Under the pieces are notes generated by a model. It was not told where the DNA came from. It saw nothing but the letters and a program-made list of their open reading frames with translations, and made no database searches. A stretch of DNA of 60,214 nt, the filler included, from Circinaria calcarea (Eukaryota), in NCBI GenBank assembly GCA_051942165.1. It is 14 parts of 14 records of this genome, joined end to end, with 100 filler letters (N's around TTAATTAATTAA, not from the genome) between each part and the next. Parts side by side here need not be neighbours in the genome. Positions count along the whole stretch, not along the records: positions 12,965 to 17,183 come from JAVECS010002404.1; positions 17,284 to 21,501 come from JAVECS010002405.1; positions 21,602 to 25,816 come from JAVECS010002406.1; 11 more parts are not named here. One strand, written 5' to 3'. This document shows, one piece after another, positions 13,246 to 25,378 of this stretch. Both the position numbers and the translations under genes were made by a program. How positions within the stretch are numbered: the first letter of the stretch is position 1; each line of letters opens with the position of its first letter.

Positions 13246-14376
13246 TTAATCCTTCCAAGCCCGATACAGACTCCTCGCCCCAAACATCTCCCCCTTCTTC
13301 ACCCGACACATGCCCCGCCACTCCTCCCTCCCCGCCGCATTCACATACCTCGACGGCTCCACACAAATCCCGCTCCGCTTCCCCCTCCCTTTCACCTTCT
13401 CACCCCAACTCGTCTCGCAGTCCGGCACATCTATAAATTTCCCCGTATAGAACTGAAACGCCGGCTCCGTGCTTTCGACCTCGAGGTGTAGGCCCGTGGC
13501 CGGATGGTAGAGAGTCGCGAGCGTGCGCATGGGTAGGGGACGCGTGTCGAGGGGGATGGAGGTGGGGTCCGGGTTCATGATGAAGCAGTCGTCGATGTCG
13601 GGGGAGTCGGCGGTAAGGGTGAAGGGGGTGTGAGGTTGAGAAGGAATGGAAGGGTAGGTGGGGTGAATAGTTCCGGTAGGGATACCCGAGGGGTCGATTT
13701 CAAGGTGGGCTGTCGTGCCGAGGGTGGCGGTTGTGTCGGCGATGGTGGGGGAGGGGAGGTTGAGGTTGAAGTAGCTGGTTGTTTCGAATACCGTCAGATA
13801 ATGGTTCTGAGAGGAGGAGGATAAAATTGATAATGGCAACGGAAAAGAAGAGTCTTACCTGTGGTTCGTCATCCCCACAACCGTCTCCTCACACTCGTCC
13901 CCTACGAGCTCAGCTTCATACTCCACCTGCAGTACCGTCTTTCCTTCCTCCATTCCGGCCGTATACCACACCCTCGCTTCTACCGTCCCTGGATACCCTT
14001 CCTCCCCATCTTTACTGAGGTACCTAAACTCCACTCCCTCCCTTCCACCCCTATTCAACGGCTTCGGCCCATCCCACTCTCTCTTCCCCCACCCCGTCGG
14101 GCCCCCATGCAACGCATTGCCATTGTTATTCGCCGTCAATTCGTACGTCTTGCCGTTGAGATTGTGGATCTTGGCATCCTTGATGCGATTGGTCGTTCGA
14201 CCGATTGTTTCGCCGAAATACGGGTGCGATACACTGGAGTAGAGACGGGCTTCGGGGAAGTTCTGCACAATGTTGTGGCCGGCGACTTTGAATTCCTGGA
14301 TGAGAGCTCCACGAGGAAGGAAGGTGAAGGCAGATTCGGCGGTGTCTACCACTTTGGCTGCGGATGCAGAAGACAT
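13246..14376 (-). CDS. Aldose 1-epimerase (galactose mutarotase), 348 aa
   Basis: join(13859-14376, 13246-13774), intron 13775-13858. Motifs: YFGETIGRTTNRI, LHGG, DGEEGYPG, TNHSYFNL (spliced), FQFYTG, GICVEPSRY. Confidence 0.93.
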
Positions 14377-16991
14377 GGTTTGGGATGTTGGGGTGGCATG
14401 TGGGGTTGATGTTTTGAGGATGTGATGACGATGCGGGGTATGAATGCTCGCGAGTCAGTGGGACAGCATGAGTGGGCTATAATAGACAGCAGAGGTGATA
14501 TGTAATTTGGCATCCCCGCTATTCTCAACATGATTTGAGTTTCCAATGACATCAAGCAGGCAAGACGTTGAAAAGGAAAAAGAACCATGTACATGATAGC
14601 TACACTTCCAGTTGGAGCTTTCGGGGAAACCAATCTCGCAATGCAGCACATGCACCTGGGACAGTCCGCGACTGCTGCCAGAAAGCCAGCCAATATCCCA
14701 AGCATATTGCCCCCAAAAGAACCTTCATCCTCGCTAGAACCCTTTTTGAACGTACCAAGGAAGGTAAGGAATACGCTGTCCCTTGAAATAGAGAACAAGA
14801 GTGTAATGAGATTCCACCGATGAAAGAGACGTAACGAGCGATTCAGAAAGGCTTAGGATACCTGGTAGCCAAGGTACCGCATGATGGCGGATCAGGATGG
14901 AAGAATTGAATGTACTTGAATGTCTACTAGACAAATCTAGCAGTACCTTTGATAACACCCGTCGTATCTGTAATGGTATTACCTCAGGAGACTCTTAAAA
15001 CCGGGGCAGACAGAGAACCAATGTCCTCACCATGATTAGCAACGTCGGCAGCAGTGCGGATGACAGGTTCTGTAATGGCAACGTCTGCAAATGCGAGGCT
15101 GACCGTGTTGAAGGGGGTACTTGTATGAAAATAAAAATATGAGGGAAAAGTTGAAGTGGACCCCTACTGAACTGTGCCGCTCAACACTCCAGCTCAACAC
15201 TCCAGAGCCCATGTAATTGTCCCCACATGTAGCATCCCTGCCGCATTCACTTCCCTCTCCTTGCTATGGTTCTCTTCTACCGTCATCACATCCTCATAGG
15301 GTCGTGTTCTCCCGCTCTTATGCCACCTATATCGGTTATGAATAACCGTGAGAACGAGTCTGCCAACCTCGTCACCAGAAACTTCTCTTAGATACCCTTT
15401 GGGTGTAATGAAGATGGGTAGTGATACCGTGTGCTAAATACCTAATCAGCATCCGTGAAACAGCATTAAAGATGGTGCGTGTTTTGCCCAGTCGAACATG
15501 GGCAGACATAGCCCTCGCCCAGAAATCACATCTTATGAACCCCTTACCCACCAAAGGCCTCACCCACTATTTTTCAGAACTCCATAGTGGACCTCACGGA
15601 GGTATTCTCTAATCAACCTCATATCTTCCTTACCAAACTCAAAGAACCTCTCACTCGATCGACACCGCTAAGAGGTATGCAGGAAGGTTGCAGCTCATCT
15701 GTGAGAGGAAAACACGCCCTTAACCATCTCAACCCCTTTCTCCACTTCCGACTCCGCCCGCTTAAAGAACCCCAGTCTTCTTCGTCAGTACTCTATCTGT
15801 ACCATACGCGTAGCCCTACCCTGTCAACTCGGGAAGTATGACGGTGGGACAGAAGTGTATTGCAATTGGAGCAGACGTTTCTCTCCACAAAGAGAGTACG
15901 GTAGATATGCCTCTGCCTTTTCCCGGGTTGAAGCATAGAAAGCCAAATCTCGGATAGTTGGTATTGAACGGGGGGGCCAACGCGAGCAAAATTTGACTGG
16001 AGCGGGAAACTTCGACAGGCCAGGGCAAGGAGATAGATACGTCTTCCTCCCGGCAACGTATCAAACCCTACTGTCGGATATTGGTATTTATTGGTGAATG
16101 GACAAGAACCACTTTGATTGGCGCGGAGGTGTTTGTCTACACCAGGGTAAGGTAATAGGTATTCGTTCTCGGCCTGCGCATAGCTCAACTGTTACATGTG
16201 GGTTGTGGGACGAACGCGGCCGCGGGCATGACGTGTAAAGACCAACCAACAGGGGAAGGATAGGAGCTGATGTTCTATGAATTGATCGGCAAGCAAGAAG
16301 AAGTAGCCTTCAAAAGAAAACCATTACATTAAAAATACGCACCAAGGGAGGTCTAACGCACACTTATCTTTTGAATGACATCAAAGAGAACATTTCCGGA
16401 GCCAATTTGCGAAACAAGATCACCCCAACCCTAGGGTAACCTGCTCAAGCGAGCTGTCGTCGATCGCCCTTCCTGAACGGGGCAACCCTAGAGGCCCTTT
16501 ATCGAAAACCCCCTTGTCAACCAACGCATGCTACCCGGCATTTACATGAATATTATCAACAAGGGACGTGTAAACAGAATTTCGCTATGCTGGGTTACAA
16601 GGTAACAGATTATGGGTTCTTGATATCGGCATGTGATTTGATAGGCTTGTTCACACAGTCTAGGGGACGGTTAAGATTGTGTCTTTCGCGTACTCAGTCA
16701 AATACATGCATAACTTATGCAAAGGTTTGTGCGCCGCTCAATGGATACAATGATGGAAGAATTAGGAGCTGAAATTGTCATATGTACATTTTATTTCCTC
16801 TGCAATTGGGTTACCAGTATCTGTAACAGTATGGGCGCCTAAGGAATCCGGGTATATCCTGATGCAATTGTTGGACCTGTGTTCACTGTCGCGATGATTT
16901 TGTGACACCTGAAAAGAGAGTGCCCTTTGTAACGGACTTTATGCCCAGAACAGGAATCAGTACAAAGGCATAGTGTTAGGCGCAAGACTGT

Positions 16992-17183
16992 TCAATTTAT
17001 GGTCGTGTGTAAGAAAGTCGTAAAATCCTCCTCGCTCCAATCAGGCACCGTCGAAGGCTGAATCGTCGACTCCATCGAGGCCGGTATCTGCTGCCGCAAG
17101 CCTGCATAGGTGTCATAGTTTGAAAACCCGTCGACCTGCATGAGATCTACATCTTCATCATAAGCCATCGGAGAATCCAGCCA
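16992..17183 (-). CDS. 3' end of an unidentified gene (acidic C-terminus); 5'-truncated
   Basis: Open frame from the contig end: WLDSPMAYDEDVDLMQVDGFSNYDTYAGLRQQIPASMESTIQPSTVPDWSEEDFTTFLHTTIN*. Composition resembles a transcription-factor tail (inference only). Confidence 0.45.
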   Translation of the reverse strand, partial: WLDSPMAYDEDVDLMQVDGFSNYDTYAGLRQQIPASMESTIQPSTVPDWSEEDFTTFLHTTIN

Positions 17184-17900
17184 NNNNNNNNNNNNNNNNN
17201 NNNNNNNNNNNNNNNNNNNNNNNNNNNTTAATTAATTAANNNNNNNNNNNNNNNNNNNNNNNNNNNNNNNNNNNNNNNNNNNNTTATTTGCAGCACTTTA
17301 TTTCTTTATGGGCCTGTAGCCTCCATAATGGCCGGAACAATGGGGCAAGTCCCAGCCGACCAAAGGCGAATCATAACGAAATTATTCACCCCGGTGGGCA
17401 GAATATCGGCAGGCTTCATTAAACAACCCAAAGAACGCATCTAGACAAGAAATTCGTCCTTAATATCGAATGCATAATGTCTCTTCGGTTAAGCTCACAG
17501 ACGTATTGCTTAGACTATGGATGAGAGGTTCAGACCTACCATTCGAGCGGGTGCCGGGGTTGAAATCTATACATCGTAGCATGCGGAATGTTTTGTGGCG
17601 ATAAATTTGGCCATGAACCCTCCATTAGTATGTCCATCGAGGCATATTGGAACAACAGCATAAAATTAGTGGTAGGTCACATGGTGGTGAGGCTCATACA
17701 CCTAGCAGCAGTAAGCGCGCCTAGCGACTACAGGCGTCTATTCTAAACTCCAAATCACTTTGACAATCCGTGAATGCGTAACGATGACGTTTTATTCACC
17801 TCGGACACCCTCACTAGACTTTTGCAAACATGGTCCCACTTTCTAATCGCAACACTCCATACATCTACTATATTCCGAAAATCCGTCGACTACAGCCACC

Positions 17901-18546
17901 ATGAGCGCCAGCAAAAACCCCGACTCTGTCGCCAACCAACCAACGCAGTTTACCTCCCATATCCCCCCTAGTGAGCCATTGACCACCAAGGGCGTAAGTC
18001 CCCTCCTCTCGTCACCAATCTCCAAGTTTCACACCTGAACCCTCCTTTCTGCAGCACAAACCCGGCGTCAAAGTCGGCAACGACGCCGCCCCCGAATTCC
18101 ATGCCAAAACCCTTCCCCCCGGCACCGCCCCCAAAGATCGCACCTTTGCTCCCAATCCCATCGGCGAGATCCCCAGCCAAGCCAACAACGACCTCGCCGA
18201 CCGCTCCCACGGCAAAGAAAGCACCGTCACGTCCGCCGAATCCACGCTCGGCGGCGCCACCTCCGCCGACGTTCACCAGGGCCTCGGGAAACCGTTGCAG
18301 GGCCAGACGAAGCGGGAGCAGCGCGATGGCTGGAAGGATAAGGCCGGGACGGGCATCATTGGGAGAGGGGCGAGTGGGGCGCCGAATGAGCCGACGAAGA
18401 AGGTAGACGAGAGGGTGATTTCGGATCAGAGGGGTTTGGGAAAGGAAGAAGGGGATATGGCGGGGAAGAGGTCTGATAAGGCTGATCGGTCTGCGGCAGA
18501 TATGCCGAATGAGCCTGCCGAGAGCGTTGCAGCTGAGAGGAGCTAA
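17901..18546 (+). CDS. Conserved small hydrophilic fungal hypothetical protein (194 aa)
   Basis: CCACCATG context; join(17901-17993, 18055-18546) with a GTAAGT...CAG intron. Reads MSASKNPDSVANQPTQFTSHIPPSEPLTTKGHKPGVKVGNDAAPEFHAKTFPPGTAP...TLGGATSADVHQGLGKPLQGQT...AESVAAERS*. Confidence 0.8.
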
Positions 18547-19512
18547 GGGTTTGCAGAGATACTTGGGTGATGAATGATACCCATGGAAAGTCTATTGAGC
18601 ATAACCGATAGCCAAAAAAAATCTCAAGCTCCTCTAATCATAAGCTACATGCCTGCCTGAGGACCGTTGTTGATCGAGTAGGTGTGATGCTCACCATCTT
18701 TACATCCAACAGCCTGTAATTCCAAAACCCACTCGCCTGCATTCTCCATCCAATTACTGGTGAAATTAGACAAACATTCCCCATCTCTATAGATCACTTG
18801 CCAGCTACATTGAAATGCCATGCCTACAGAACCACCTAAGGTCTGCAGTGTTTCAGTTGCAACGTATGAATTGATTCCGACCGGGAAATATGAGGCCTTT
18901 TCTCCCATGTTGAATGGCTTGACATAAATGATAATATACTTATCACTTGATTTTGTCATTACTGCCTCAACATTCTATTCCTTCAGGCCCTGGGTATCGT
19001 TTGCTAGCTCCTTAACTAAACTAATAGTCCTTCCCGGCCATGAAAGGTAGCCGAAAGATGAGTAAGAGAGTCCCACTAACATCTAACTACCTAAACTTCT
19101 TTCCCTTTTATGTGCGGCACGTTAACCGTACGTCCAATCCCTCGTTGTTTGCCATCTACCTTCTCGCAGCCAGCAACCATCACTTTCAGAGATGTAGTGA
19201 CTGAGCGCGGATGTGAATAGGTATTGGAGGTTCTCCTTCGAAACGAGAGGATTGCAGGTACTAGCGTGCCTAAAGTTTGGAGGAACCGTATAGAGTCGTT
19301 GCTACCAGACTCATAGACTGTAGCCTTGCGGATATGAGATTGTAGACAGCGCAAAGCTGGTCTTTATAACCGTTTTCCGCAGAGACACGAGGAGTCCTAA
19401 TTGAGAATAAAATCAACAACCCATTAGTCAAGCAGCTGAGCAACTATATGAGAGCAATATTAGATAAGGAGCGTTAATAATTAACCAATAATTTCATGGA
19501 TACTTACATTGT

Positions 19513-20336
19513 TCAGCTTTTGCCCTTCTTCTTCTCCTTCTTCTTTTTCAGGTCCCTTGTATCTCCATTATTAGAGCTTTCGATCTGTCCGGGCTGGCCA
19601 CCCCCTTGCATTTCTTGCATCATCTCCTTAAAGATGTTCTCACTCACACCTCCACCACTCACTGCTGGCGAATGCAGTGGTAGAATGGTCCCTATCTTCC
19701 ATCCCCTTGGTGCCGCCGGTGGAGGTAGTGGTTTCTCGGGGGCCGGCATTCCCGCTATACGCAATTTCATAGGAGAGTCTTGAGTTGTAGGGTGAGCTTG
19801 GAGATACTTTGCAACCTGTATGTAGAGATGATGCTCTACCCGAGTCAGAGATCTGGGACCTCAACTGATCAAGGAGACATACTGTTCTTAACTCGCGAAT
19901 TCTGTAACTTGCCATCCTCCTTTACCAGTATCCTCACCCGTCCTGGATTTGCCCAATCCTTAGGGTGCATCTTCTGGGGCTCAAAGACCACGTTCAAGCC
20001 TAGTAGTTGCACAGCGTCCACGATTTCTCGCGCAAGTGGATTTGCTACAGCAAGTTCTTTGCCCACCCTTCGACCCTCGGCCCGTGTCCGACTCGCATCG
20101 AAATAGAGTGGATACAGACATTGCCATTTCTTGTATCTTGCTGCGTCCGAGGCAGAGGTCGAAGGTGCTTGGAATTGAGGTCTTAATTGCTGCTGAGGAA
20201 GAGAAGCTGGGCGGGGTATATCAGAGGGCCGTATTATAGAATTTCCAAATTCAGCGGGGTCGAATTGAGATGGATCCATATCCTCGGGGTCGGAGTCGGA
20301 TTCTGATAGCTCTTCGATGCGTACCTTGCGAGACAT
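19513..20336 (-). CDS. SEC65: Signal recognition particle subunit SRP19/Sec65 (258 aa)
   Basis: join(19883-20336, 19513-19835), intron 19836-19882. WQCLYPLYFDASRTRAEGRRV...HPKDWANPGRVRI...KNKHHLY; ends KKKKEKKKGKS. Confidence 0.95.
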
Positions 20337-20743
20337 TGTGGTAGCTACAGTTACACAGTCTTTCAGTGAATGTGTAAATATCCTCGGATATCAGAGGTCA
20401 GAGGTGTTCAGCGGCCAGCTACGACGACGATAATGGGGTCCTTCCTGCGGTCCCCAAGTGGAAGCGCTTGGGCCAGTCTAAGCTAAGAAAGGGCTGAAGC
20501 TACAGAGCATCTACATAAATCAAACAGCACTTGTCATCTGGGGAATTGGCCTAAATATAAAGCGATGGCAGATTCAATAGCCCGTCAATTTCTCCCACTC
20601 TGGCATGCGGTCAATCTGTACTCTGTTACAAAACTTACAATCCTGCCTTTGGTTCATCGCTCGGAAACCCCAACGCCACGCTGGACATTGCTAACAAAAG
20701 ACAATCGTATCAAACGCTGCTAACGGATCCCACGAGACAGAAT

Positions 20744-21501
20744 TCACTTCTTTGAAGCCAGCTTCGTGTATGCTCGGGCCAACGTTCTGGATTCCTTGGG
20801 GTCTGGTTCGAGAGTTGCGATAACATCCCTCATCTGAATGCCTGCCCCGAACTCCTTGTCTTCTCTGAGCTCACCGAAAGCCTTTCCACTTGATGTTTGG
20901 CCCGTAGGTCCACCGGGACCAGACCCATTGAGATTTCTGGACTGAGTCTGGGAGTTGGAACTTGCTTTTGAAGGGACAGGGAAGCCATTGCTAGCGGACG
21001 GATTGTCTTTGGTCATCCAGGACAACTTTTTGCCGAACAAAGCTCCTCCAAGACCTAGTGCCATGTTCATGGTCTTGTTCGTAGCTGCATGCTGTTGTGC
21101 CTCTGTAGCCTTTGCTTCGGCCTGGCGTTTCTGTTCCTTCTTGCTGACACTTCTTCTAGTATCTACATCTGGCGCTCGTTCACCAAGCAATCCAGTTGTA
21201 CCAGATCCTGGGATTCCGGCTGGGCCCAGGCTTGTAATACTGCCATCTCCCGACAACATGCCGTTAGCTGCTCGCGTTTCGCGTTTCGCTTTTCGCTCAT
21301 CTTCCATACCGCGTTCAACTTGAGAGGCTTTGCGTATACTTTGAACCAACTGGTTAGGAAAAGCTAGCGTCATGGAGGGCATCTTCGCGTTATCCATGAC
21401 TGGCCTTGGTAGCTCGTCAAACGCAGAGAAAGTCCCTGCTACATTGTTAACTCAAGCAGAGTGTTATGAACTGTGACTGCATACGCTTTAAAGGGTTAAT
21501 T
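20744..21501 (-). CDS. TAF4: TFIID subunit TAF4-like, C-terminal part; 5'-truncated
   Basis: EAQQHAATNKTMNMALG...KKLSWMT and FGELREDK..GAGIQMRDVIATLE resemble the TAF4 conserved C-terminal region. Confidence 0.75.
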
Positions 21502-22047
21502 NNNNNNNNNNNNNNNNNNNNNNNNNNNNNNNNNNNNNNNNNNNNTTAATTAATTAANNNNNNNNNNNNNNNNNNNNNNNNNNNNNNNNNNNNNNNNNNN
21601 NGTATGGAGGGAAGGGGGAGGGGGAGAGAGAAAAAGGTGGCTGGAGTTGCCTTTTTGCGAGGGAGAGGTGTTGAAGAGGTAGAGCATGATGAGTTGGTGC
21701 TTCTTGGGAGGAGCATCGGGTTCAACAATGTATGTTGGGAAAAAGCGGATGAGAGGCTAAAGCGGATAATATGGATGGTTTGGATGGAAAGGATCCTACA
21801 TACTGGTGACGGGAGGAGATTTGCACTTTTTCTTATAGTTGATATATATCACCTATGCTCAACTTTGATGTTGACAGGAAGTAAGAGACAATGGTGAATA
21901 CTAGCTTATAGCTGAAGATATTAGCGCTAAAAGTTATATTCCACGCTCTCTAGATGTCTAAGTTTGTAAACGGCGGTTACTTGGAAGGAACCCTCTACCC
22001 CACTACTGATAGCAATGCGTATAGAATTTTTGCAACACACACCACCT

Positions 22048-23020
22048 CTAAGTATACTGCCAAGCGCCATACCCTTGGTAGTCCTGGGATAGGACGGTAA
22101 TTTTTGTGCAACTCGCAGGGACGCTTGTGTTCTTTGCAATGACCTGGTAACGGACCGTCGGCGTGTACAACATGACTCGGCAGGCGAAAAGCGGGAAGCC
22201 GGCGAACGTGGAGGCGGCACCTCCTTCGACGTCGAAGCCTCCGAAGATAGAGCCGGGGGGGTAGCTGGCCGAGTGAGCTTGCGTGAAACTGACGTTGCCG
22301 GTTGGGTCGAGATAGAGCTGTTGACCGCCTGGTACTATGACGGCCTGATGATACTGGGTTAGCGGGAGTAAAGATGAAAGGATTCTTGCTGGGATGGAAA
22401 AAGTCAAGGGGGAAGAAATAGAGTGCGAAAGCGAGCAAGTTTTAGGGAGCAAGTGCTAATGGTAGAAAAAGGACTTATGCTGCTTACAAGAGATGATCCG
22501 ATAAAGGCCGTTACGTTTCCCGGGGGGCAGTTGGGACCCACAGACGAAGGACAGTAGGTAGCTGGGCTGCCACCGAGGAAAAAGTTTCGCCCTGCAGCTT
22601 CAACGGTTTTCCCATCGAACTCAGTGCCAGGTGCGGATGCTACCAAGGTGTAGGTGAAGGATGTGGACGGTGGTCCCAGGCGATTGTTTGCGCATCTAAT
22701 TTCACTTCACGTCAGAAATGGTGCTATAAGCTGATGCGCAGGGAGAGTCTCACGAGTACTGGCTCGGAAGGTAGCAATCGGAGCCGCAGCGTATTGTGGC
22801 TGCGCCACTGATGATTGGGCAAAGGAAGTCTGAGTTGTAGCAGTTATACTAGATGAGTGCTCGAGTCAGTTGCGATGGCGAGAAGCTGGTAGTCCAGTCA
22901 GGGTGTGGGCACCTGGGAAGGATCATAGAAAGCTGCACCACATGGTAAGAGAGTAGTGGTTTGAGCATGAACGCTGAAAAGAATGCTTGACAAGACGGAA
23001 ATGGCAGTGAGAGCGATCAT
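22048..23020 (-). CDS. Secreted protein (235 aa): signal peptide + CBM52-like carbohydrate-binding module + 'IgE-binding protein'-like domain
   Basis: Four exons (22913-23020, 22754-22848, 22488-22695, 22048-22344) splice in frame: MIALTAISVLSSILFSVHA-QTTTLLPCGAAFYDPSQYNCYNSDFLCPIISGAATIRCGSDCYLPSQYSC...FFLGGSPATYCP...CPPGNVT...VPGGQQLYLDPTGNVSFTQAHSA...GAWQYT*. Confidence 0.8.
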
Positions 23021-24938
23021 GATGGCAGACGGATCCTTGCTGTCTCAGAGTGGGTATATGAGAAGATGTGTAGCTTGAATCAGGACAGCCGAGAGGTTCG
23101 TGAGAGAAGAAACGACGGATGGTTTGTATTTCTGGGATCTTACGAGGTTTATATAGAAAACCTTCGTATTACACGGGCCCGGAGCACAGGCTTGGCAAGC
23201 AGGTAACCCTATCTCCGTCCTCTCGCTTACTCTCGTCGAGGAGGTTGTCATCTTTGTCAGCTTCTCTGCGTCGGTAGCACATACCCCAAGTTTATGATTA
23301 CTCCACTTCGTTGAGAGGATGTGAGTGGCCGTGTCATCTGGACTTAATACGAAGAAGTCCGTATTGAGTCTCGTAACTCGGATTAGCTAGCAGTTAAGTC
23401 CATTCTGCCGCCAGATCCTGCCCTCTAGGACATCATGAATTACACCGCAACTTGGTTTAACTTCATGTGACGCTATACGAGGTAAGTCCCGTGACAAACT
23501 TTCAGATGCGAAAGAGGTTCAAAAAGCTTCGTCCGATCTGATTGGCCGATGCTCGCTTAACTGACTTCGGGCCGTCCTTCTGCCTTGCTCAAGCATACTA
23601 CTCCTCGTATGTGCGTATAGCTTCTATGTACCTTGAGCAAGGTGCCACCAGGTCCTGCAGGTGGCAACAGACTCCTACAGGCCTTCCTCAGAGGTCTTAT
23701 GACTGACAACTCACTCTAAGCGGTCGATTGGATCCCAACCTACTGAAGCGTGGTTCCGAAGCTATGTGAACAACAGTACGGTTCGCTCAATCCAGCCTAT
23801 GAACCAGCAATGCCTATGTTTAGTTACGCACCCTACTCTATAGGCCAAGGGTCACCGATGCCATGATACCTCAATTAAGTGTACCGACACGTCCCCCTCA
23901 TCCAGTACCTTCTAGACGTGACCAACGATGGAGAGTTCCATGCAAAGGGTGTATAACTTCTTTCTACCGGAGATGCTTTCAAAAGACATATTCAGTGAGG
24001 ATAATTCCCTTGCAATCTGACTCTCCTCAACAGCAGCTCCGGGGGATCCGACTTGCAATCAAGCAACTGGGATACAGTTCAAGCCGACGCACCCGGTCGA
24101 ACGCACATACACCTAGCCAAGGACCAAATGGGTCGAAGCAATGCCGTAACCATACTTAGCTATGACCAAACATATTGAAACGTTTCGTACAGGCGCTATT
24201 CTAAGCCAAGTTCTCACTCGACAGTTCAGCTAGTGAACGGCAAACATTATCGAAGCTCTAAGTCTTTAAATATCGTGGCACTAGAGATGTCTTTTTCTTC
24301 AGAGCTGATGCATCACTTGCTTGGCCGAATACCCACAGGTTAGGATGTGTATATGCGCTGTTGGGACATGGTAGATATACTGCTTCGCACTGCCCAAAGC
24401 GTACGACACAGACAAAGCCGTTTAGCTATGCCATGACTCGATGGGAACAATCTGATCGCCGGCGGGCTAGCCTTCATGCCGCGATTGGTCTACTCTCCTC
24501 ATTCTTTACATTCATCTACAGCGGTCTCTAAGAGCGCCGTCCCTTCCTACTTAGCACAAGTCTTTCGTTAACGGGACTAAGTGCGCTCAAGGTACAAGGT
24601 ATAACTTCATACCGTCTATCATTTTCTGCGACCGCGTGTACGTTTAGAGGGAAGGTAATCCTGTCATACGGGTATATAAGTCGGATGATTGTTTCATAGT
24701 TTATTGCACGGCTACAAGCGATTCTGCCGATAAGCTTAGATCGATAAGTTGGGCGGCCTGATGGTTTGGTACATAAGGTAGGATCGTTTACGATAACTTT
24801 TTCATGCTGTGTTACATGATAATTTTCCATCGCCTAGGCTACTGAAGACCTATATGCTTCCGATTGGATTTGGCACCTTTGATATAACTCATCAAGGAAA
24901 GCCTATTGGTACTGCTTAAAGCTCTACTCTCGGAAGCC

Positions 24939-25378
24939 ATGAAGATCAACGCCGTCCTCTTTTTCCTTTTCGTCTACTTTACAACTTCTCTTGCTTCAAC
25001 TCTCCGCCACTCCGTGACCCCAACCGCTGCGGACCTTCTCATATCCTCAGGTCCCAAAGGCCGTGAATGGGATTGTGCCAAATGTGCCATGGGATGTAGC
25101 GCGTTACTCATTGCCTGCGCCGACGAATGTCTGACTTTGAAGATCAATCCTGCGCTATGTCCGGTTAGCTCCTCTTATCCCAGTTTCCCATGCTACGTAT
25201 ATTGCAACATGAGGATCAATAGGGCTGATTGAGGTTTTCCGCCCCTATATAGCTCTGTCTATTTGGCTTGGGTGCCTCACCCGCTTGTATCGGCTGTTAT
25301 GACAAGTGCCGGGGAAAACCGGAGTTTAAGAACGCGCTGCCGAAGGGGCATTCGAAACCGCAGACGGCAACGAGTTAG
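24939..25378 (+). CDS. Small secreted cysteine-rich protein (116 aa, 10 Cys)
   Basis: GCCATG start; join(24939-25163, 25253-25378) with a GTTAGC...GCTGAT...TAG intron. Hydrophobic signal MKINAVLFFLFVYFTTSLA, then CAKCAMGCSALLIACADECLTLKINPALCPLCLFGLGASPACIGCYDKC. Confidence 0.75.

Noticed and set aside
18101..18406. Pro/Arg-rich ORF and antisense Gly-rich ORFs
   Set aside because: Alternative-frame shadows of the spliced 17901-18546 gene caused by C/G skew.
18645..19354. Minus-strand ORFs between the hydrophilic gene and SEC65
   Set aside because: No recognisable domain and no consistent splice model; an in-frame stop lies just upstream of the 104-aa ORF.
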